DNA of 64,000 nucleotides from Prasinococcaceae sp. CCMP 1430. Taxonomy: Eukaryota > Plantae > Prasinodermophyta. Of this stretch, positions 58,243 to 64,000 are shown one piece after another (positions within the stretch are counted from its first letter, which is position 1; every line of letters begins with the position of its first letter). The notes below the pieces were generated by a model. It was given only the letters and a program-made list of their open reading frames with translations, made no database searches and was not told the DNA's origin. The DNA is taken from NCBI GenBank assembly GCA_013416795.1, contig RQSC01000016.1:170560-234559 (forward strand), in the 5' to 3' direction. The position numbers and the translations under genes are program-made.

Positions 58243-58861
58243 GATGGTGCTGCTCGATGCGGCCGAGCGCAAGCGGCGCGCCATCGGCGTGCTGCGCGTC
58301 GTGCGCGCCTCGCTCGCTGCGCGCCTCCACGAGGCGGGCGTGCAATGGGAGGAGACAGCGCACTCCTCGGTGCCTGTGCCGCTGGAGGCCGCAGTGGACG
58401 GGCGGACGACGCTCAGCGGCGTGATCGTGCCGCGCGCCCCGGCGGAGCTCGAAGCGCTGCTGCGAAATCCGCCCGCACGGCCGCCGCAGATGCTGGAGTC
58501 GCTGCCCGCATCGCCAGCTGGAGCGCTTGACGCATTGCACAGAGGGGGGGGAGGTGATGACGTCGAGGCGGCGGAGGGCAGGAGCGACGGACCTAAAGGA
58601 GGGGCGGGCGAAGACGCTGCCTCTGACACATGCACACACGCATGCGCGGGCGTGCATACGCGTGCATGCACACGCATCGGCAGCATATCTCTGGAGGAGC
58701 TCCCCCCGGGCGGCAAGTACAGAGTGGACAAGGGCGGCACCTCGTGGTACGTGCACCTTGAGGAGGGGGCGTTCAGGCAATCGACGGATGGCCGCTTTGC
58801 GTTCGTGGGGCCATATGGCGCCGACGGGACGCCGCAGCTCGGCCGCCTGGCCAAGCGATAG
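58243..58861 (+). CDS. Hypothetical protein, no recognised family
   Basis: 206-codon open frame with coding-like composition, especially the C-terminal GKYRVDKGGTSWYVHLEEGAFRQSTDGRFAFVGPY. Confidence 0.4.
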
Positions 58862-59167
58862 TACGGGTGGGCTCGACGGCGCCACGGCGCGCGCGCGTGC
58901 TGAGCGATCCGCAGCGCGCACAGGGTGTGAGCGCGCCTTCGCAGCAGGAGTACAGGTAATAAGGTGGGCGACGAAATCACACTCACACAAACTACCGTAG
59001 CACGAGCCTTGTTGCGAGACCCGCCTCCCGCTCAGGTGGATGACAGCATGTGCGGGCGGTCCGTCAACGCGAGCGATATTATTAGTTCTATGCCGTACCG
59101 TGGTCGCTCGAACCAGCGCGCTCGGACGACAGCTGCCGCTGCGCGGGATGCCGAACAGCCGGCTGTT

Positions 59168-61874
59168 TCACCTCCTCGCGAATTCGGCCTTCAGAGCCTG
59201 GGCGAGGACCGCGTCCGATGGCAAGGCCTCGTCGCCCTTGCCCACGACGCGCACGCCCACACCCCGCGCCCTCGGCCTGCGCCCGCGCCCGCCGCCCGAG
59301 CGGGTCTCCTTTGGCGCGGGGTTGAAGGTGCCCATCGAGTCGTCGAATTGTTTTGCGATGTCGTGCGGGCGCTGGGTGCCCACCGCCTCGGCGGCCTTTG
59401 CAGCGCGCATCTTGGCAATGCCCGCGGCGGACGAGCGCACCTGCGGGTGGAAGTGACGGCTGAGTAGCGTGAGCTCCCACAGCGAGCCCGAGCTGGCGGC
59501 GCCCTGCACCGCCAGCATGCGACCGGTGAGGCTCGCCTCGACGCCACCGCCCTCGTTGCCCAGCATCGTGTCGCAGATGCCGGGCATCGCCAGCGCGCGA
59601 GAGACGACAGCCAGCGAGCCCAGACTCGCGCCTACCGGCGCATGCAGCGAGGCGTCGGCAGCCGCATGGGCGGTCGATTGATAGTAATGGCGGCTGCCGG
59701 TCGCCAGCTTGGACACCACCGTGTCGAGCACATCCACCGCCAGCATGGACGCGTGCGCGTCGCGTTGTTGCTGCCGTGCTCCCTGCGCGCTGTCCTGCCC
59801 GCCCTCAGCCTGCACCTTCGCCTGCGCCTGCTCGAGCGCGCCGACGAACGGCGCGCGCTGCACCGCCGCCATGGCGGCGGTCACCAGGAAGGACTGGTCG
59901 ACCTGCAGTGCATTCCCCTGGCCGAGTAGCACAGCATGGATCGCAAGGATCATGCGAAGCTGCACGCGCACGGGCAGCGTTCTGCCAGGCGAGTGGCCAT
60001 TCCCCGTCGCGCCGGCTGCGCCTGCCTTGGGGCGCGGGAGCATGCTGAAGAGGCATTTGAAGAGGTCGGCCATGAAGTCCACGTTGATGTACTTGGCTTG
60101 TTTGGCGAGGCCCGCGAGCGCGGCCTCGAGCGTAGGAAAATTGGCGGCGCCGCCCTTGCCGGCCGCAAACTCCTTGAGCAAGCGGAAGTACACCTCGAAG
60201 GTGGTCTCCACCACGCGCGCCTGCACGTCCGCGCGCGCGCGCAGCGAGCGCTCCGCCTCGGCCTCTTTGAGGTCGCGCGCTGTGTCGGCATCGACGCCCT
60301 TCTTGCCTTTTTTGGCTTTCTTCTTCTTCTTCTTCTTCTCGGCGGCTGCCTGGGCCCTCTCCTTGGCCACCTCTCCCCATGCGCTGTTGAGGCGGTCGTC
60401 GAATTGCAGCGAGACCAGGCAGCGCACCAGCGCCGCCGGGGAGCCCGCGCCGCGCCCGCGCACCGCGCGGGCCACCGCGATCACCGCGTCGAGCGTCGCC
60501 TCGCCCGAGGCGCTGTCCGCGCGGAAGAGATCGCGCAGCGACGCGCACGCCGCCTCGCGCGCGCCGTCCACGCGACTGGCGGCGCCCTTCACCAGCACGC
60601 CTATCACCTCACGGCGGTGGTTGAAGTGGCCGGCCGCCACGACCAGGATGCCGGCGCAGCGCGCCGACGCCTCCGCGCGCGCCTCGTCCTTGACACCCTT
60701 GGCCAGAGTTGCAACGTACGACCGGTAACTCTGGAGCAGCCCGAGTTCGTACGCGTTGCGCGCTGCCACCTCCTTGCTGAGCGTCACCCCCTTCTCGTCC
60801 TCTCCCGCAGCGAGAGCCTTCTCGTTGACGCGGTAGCCCGGCAGCACGTCGCGGAACACCGCCGCCAGCGAAAGCGTCACGAGCCTGCAAACGGCGGCGT
60901 CGCCGTCCCCGCACAGCATGAGCAGCTCACGCAGGACTGGCAGGCTGGACTCGGGCGACTGCAGCACGCGCAGGCATGCCTCGCCAACTGCGTTGCGCGC
61001 CACCGCGCGGCGCTCCTCCAGGCCGCGCGCGCGTGCCAACGCCCCGAACAGCGCCGAGGCGTGCTGCGCCTCCCGCTGCCTGCCGCGCGCGCCGGCCTCC
61101 TCGTCGCCCTCCCCCTCGCCGTCATCCTCCCACTCGAGCTCATCCTCGTCCTCGTCCATGCTTTCCTCGTCGAGGCTCTCCACGCCCTCTCCCTCCTCCC
61201 CCTCCGTCTCCTGCTCGCCTTGTCCCTCGCGCGGCTCCCTGGGCAGCAGCGCGAGCTCGCCATCGAGCGTCTTGACGGGCAGCAGCATGGGCGCCTCCTC
61301 CTCGTCGTCCTCGTCGCGGCCGCGCCTCGCGCGCTTGCGGGCGGGTCGACCGTCGTCAGGGCCCTTGCCGCCGCGCTCGCTGTCGCCGTTGTCCCATTTA
61401 CCCGTGCGCCCGCGCCGCTCGTACTCCTCAGGCGCGTCGGCGCTCTGCGCGCTCGCCTTGCGCTCGGCGGCGCGCCGCGCGGCGAGATCCGCGCGCAGCG
61501 TGTCGTCGTCCATGTCGGAGTCCTCGCCGCCGCTCTCGTCGCTGTCGCTGTCGCCGCTGTCATCGCTTGGCGCCGCTCCCGCGCCCGCCGCTGCCGCGGC
61601 GGCGGCCGCCTTGCGCTTGCGCTCCTTGCGCTCCGCCGCCTGTATGTTGCGCTCGTCGAGCTCCTGCTCGAGTTTGCCGCCTGCGAGGAAGGCCGCGTAC
61701 CCGGCGTTCTCGCGCAGAAACTCCTCGGCTTCTCCGGCCTCGACCTCCGCCTCCGCGAGCGCCTCGATTTCGTCCTCGTCCGCCGCCGGCAGCGGCGCCG
61801 TCGCCGCCCTGCGCTTGCGCAGCTCGGCGTTGCGCACCGCGTTGCGGTCCGCGCGGCTCAGGCCGCCGCCGCGG
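59168..61874 (-). CDS. NOC3: Nucleolar complex protein 3 (NOC3, CBF/Mak21 domain); 5' end in a gap
   Basis: LLPVKTLDGEL, SLAAVFRDVLPGYRV, HFNHR, VFETYFR-like TTFEVYFRLLK, LAKQAKYINVDF and LWELTLLSRHFHPQV. Confidence 0.9.
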
Positions 61875-62333
61875 NNNNNNNNNNNNNNNNNNNNNNNNNN
61901 NNNNNNNNNNNNNNNNNNNNNNNNNNNNNNNNNNNNNNNNNNNNNNNNNNNNNNNNNNNNNNNNNNNNNNNNNNNNNNNNNNNNNNNNNNNNNNNNNNNN
62001 NNNNNNNNNNNNNNNNNNNNNNNNNNNNNNNNNNNNNNNNNNNNNNNNNNNNNNNNNNNNNNNNNNNNNNNNNNNNNNNNNNNNNNNNNNNNNNNNNNNN
62101 NNNNNNNNNNNNNNNNNNNNNNNNNNNNNNNNNNNNNNNNNNNNNNNNNNNNNNNNNNNNNNNNNNNNNNNNNNNNNNNNNNNNNNNNNNNNNNNNNNNN
62201 NNNNNNNNNNNNNNNNNNNNNNNNNNNNNNNNNNNNNNNNNNNNNNNNNNNNNNNNNNNNNNNNNNNNNNNNNNNNNNNNNNNNNNNNNNNNNNNNNNNN
62301 NNNNNNNNNNNNNNNNNNNNNNNNNNNNNNNNN

Positions 62334-63893
62334 GCCGCGGCGCCGCGCCGGCTGCGGCCGGCGTGCGCGACGCCCGTCGTGCTGCTCGCGGACGACGCGG
62401 AGGTGGCCTTCACGCGCATCCGCAACGGCAAGCTGGTGAACGTGTACATCGTGGAGGCCGACGTCGAGCTGAAGCGGCCGCTCGGCATGGTGCTCGCGAG
62501 CCGCCCCAACGGCAAGGGCGTCTTCGTCGACGAGCTCGTCGAGGGCGGCAACGCGGAGAGCAGCCAGCTGGTGCTGCCGGGCGACGTGCTGCTGGGGTGC
62601 GCGCCGGGCGGCGACGGCGTGGAGAGGGAGCTCACCGCGTGCGGCGAGATGGACTTCGACGGCGTCATGGAGCTGCTCACGCAGGCGCCCGACGCGCCCT
62701 CCATGCGGCTGCGGCTGCAGCGCGAGCAGGACGAGGAGCAGGAGGAGGACGAGCTCACGCCGGAGGAGCGCGAGAGGCGCTACCGGCAGGAGTACTTCGA
62801 GGAGCAGCGCCTGAAGCGCGAGGAGCGCTGGAAGTCGGGGCAGACGACGAACACGCTGGGCCACCCGTCGAGCGCGATTCGCGTGGAGCAGGGCAAGGTG
62901 CTCGGCGAGGGTTCGTTCGGGCAGGTGCTCGAGGGCACGCTGACCACCGAGGAGGGCGAGGTGGCGGTGGTGCTCAAGCGCGCCAAGGAGGGCGTGTTCG
63001 GCGCGGAGGAGCTGCTCACCAGCGAGCTCAAGCTCAGCGGGAAGGCCCTGGAGGTCTCGGGCGGGCGCACGGCCGCCTTCATGGGCGCCGTCGAGGTGGG
63101 CTACGCCGAGGAGGGCCAGATCTACGACGGCGTGCTCAGCACGGGCATGTGGGGCGTGTGGCGGCTCGAGGGGCGCACCAGCCTGCAGTTCGCCCTCGCG
63201 CGCGCCTCCAAGGACCCTTCGACGCGGCCGCTGTCCAAGGAGCTCGCCGAGATGGGCATGGCCGGCGCGGCGGGGGGCGAGGCGGCGGCGGTCGCCGAGG
63301 TCATGCGCCCGCTGCTGAGCGTGCTGGCCGACCTGCACGAGGTGGGCCTGGTGCACAGGGACCTGAAGCCGGACAACATGATCTACGCCGAGGGCGACGC
63401 CGTGTTCAAGCTCATCGACTTCGGGGCGTCCGCGCTCTGCCTGGGCACGGCCATCAACCACGAGCCGGGGGACGGCCCGCACGACCCCAAGTACTGCGGG
63501 CTCGGCGAGACCAACCTGCTGCCCGAGGAGGCCTTCATCTTCGACGGGCTCAACAAGATGAGCTACGAGCTGTCCGAGGAGGAGTTGCAGAGCGTCTGGG
63601 AGAGGTTCGAGCCGCAGCTCTTCGACGTGTACTCGGCGGGCATCATCCTGATGCAGCTCGCCGTGCCCGCGCTGCACTCGGGCGAGGGCCTGGATGCCTT
63701 CAGGGAGGAGCTCGCCGCGTGCGACTTCGACCTGGACGCGTGGCGCGAGCGTCACATGGGCGCTGCCCCGTACGCGGAGCACGGCGCGCCGGCGCTCGAC
63801 GCCGACGGCGGCAAGTACTGGCAGGCCGCGAGGGCCATGCTGCGACCCCGCGGAGAGAGGGCCTCCGTGGCCGAGGCGCTGGCGTTTTTTTGA
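62334..63893 (+). CDS. PDZ-like domain fused to an STN8/STN7 (Stl1/Stt7)-family Ser/Thr kinase; 5' end in a gap
   Basis: PDZ: KRPLGMVL...GVFVDELVEGGNAE...PGDVLL. Kinase: LGEGSFG, VVLKRA, HRDLKPDN, IDFGA, DPKYC and LFDVYSAGIILMQLAVPAL...DFDLDAWR, an STN-family signature. Confidence 0.85.
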   Translation, partial: AAAPRRLRPACATPVVLLADDAEVAFTRIRNGKLVNVYIVEADVELKRPLGMVLASRPNGKGVFVDELVEGGNAESSQLVLPGDVLLGCAPGGDGVERELTACGEMDFDGVMELLTQAPDAPSMRLRLQREQDEEQEEDELTPEERERRYRQEYFEEQRLKREERWKSGQTTNTLGHPSSAIRVEQGKVLGEGSFGQVLEGTLTTEEGEVAVVLKRAKEGVFGAEELLTSELKLSGKALEVSGGRTAAFMGAVEVGYAEEGQIYDGVLSTGMWGVWRLEGRTSLQFALARASKDPSTRPLSKELAEMGMAGAAGGEAAAVAEVMRPLLSVLADLHEVGLVHRDLKPDNMIYAEGDAVFKLIDFGASALCLGTAINHEPGDGPHDPKYCGLGETNLLPEEAFIFDGLNKMSYELSEEELQSVWERFEPQLFDVYSAGIILMQLAVPALHSGEGLDAFREELAACDFDLDAWRERHMGAAPYAEHGAPALDADGGKYWQAARAMLRPRGERASVAEALAFF

Positions 63894-64000
63894 GTGGTGA
63901 CGTAGTCGCGGCGCCCGCCGGGTACGCGTAAGACGTTTCGCGCGTGCGCGTACGGGCGGCTCACCGGCGCGGCGCGCCGCCGCCACAGCGCGCGGCCGCG

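Noticed and set aside
8649-63893. Photosynthesis gene cluster (LCYB, c6A, LHCII, TLP18.3, STN-like kinase)
   Set aside because: The genes are scattered among unrelated housekeeping genes, as expected for an algal nuclear genome.
59936-63986. Very long antisense or alternate-frame ORFs (1331, 991, 808 aa) and many Ala/Arg-rich ORFs elsewhere
   Set aside because: Shadow ORFs caused by high GC content, few stop codons and N-runs; no family motifs.

Overview
Gene-dense, very GC-rich window of a eukaryotic nuclear genome from a photosynthetic green alga, with GT-AG introns, eight N-gaps and four single-N joins. Evidence for the lineage: LHCII-type antenna, cytochrome c6A, TLP18.3, lycopene cyclase and an STN-family kinase. 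A prasinophyte-grade or Prasinoderma-like source is an unverified inference. I can support about 30 protein-coding genes, including a spliced HIG1 micro-gene that no single ORF in the track captures. From ~8.6 to 30.3 kb, twelve genes alternate strand strictly. Best candidates for novelty: (1) an animal-type Shaker/Kv K+ channel with two N-terminal EF-hands instead of a recognisable T1 domain and a ~100-aa Cys-containing pore turret; (2) a PDZ domain fused to an STN8/STN7-family thylakoid kinase; (3) a GGAWTCC motif, three times in a bipartite GGAWTCC-N5-GTGAGAYC form, concentrated in three AT-richer non-coding patches. No CRISPR array, rRNA, tRNA or intact transposon was found. All family assignments come from motif recognition by eye; no database search was run.
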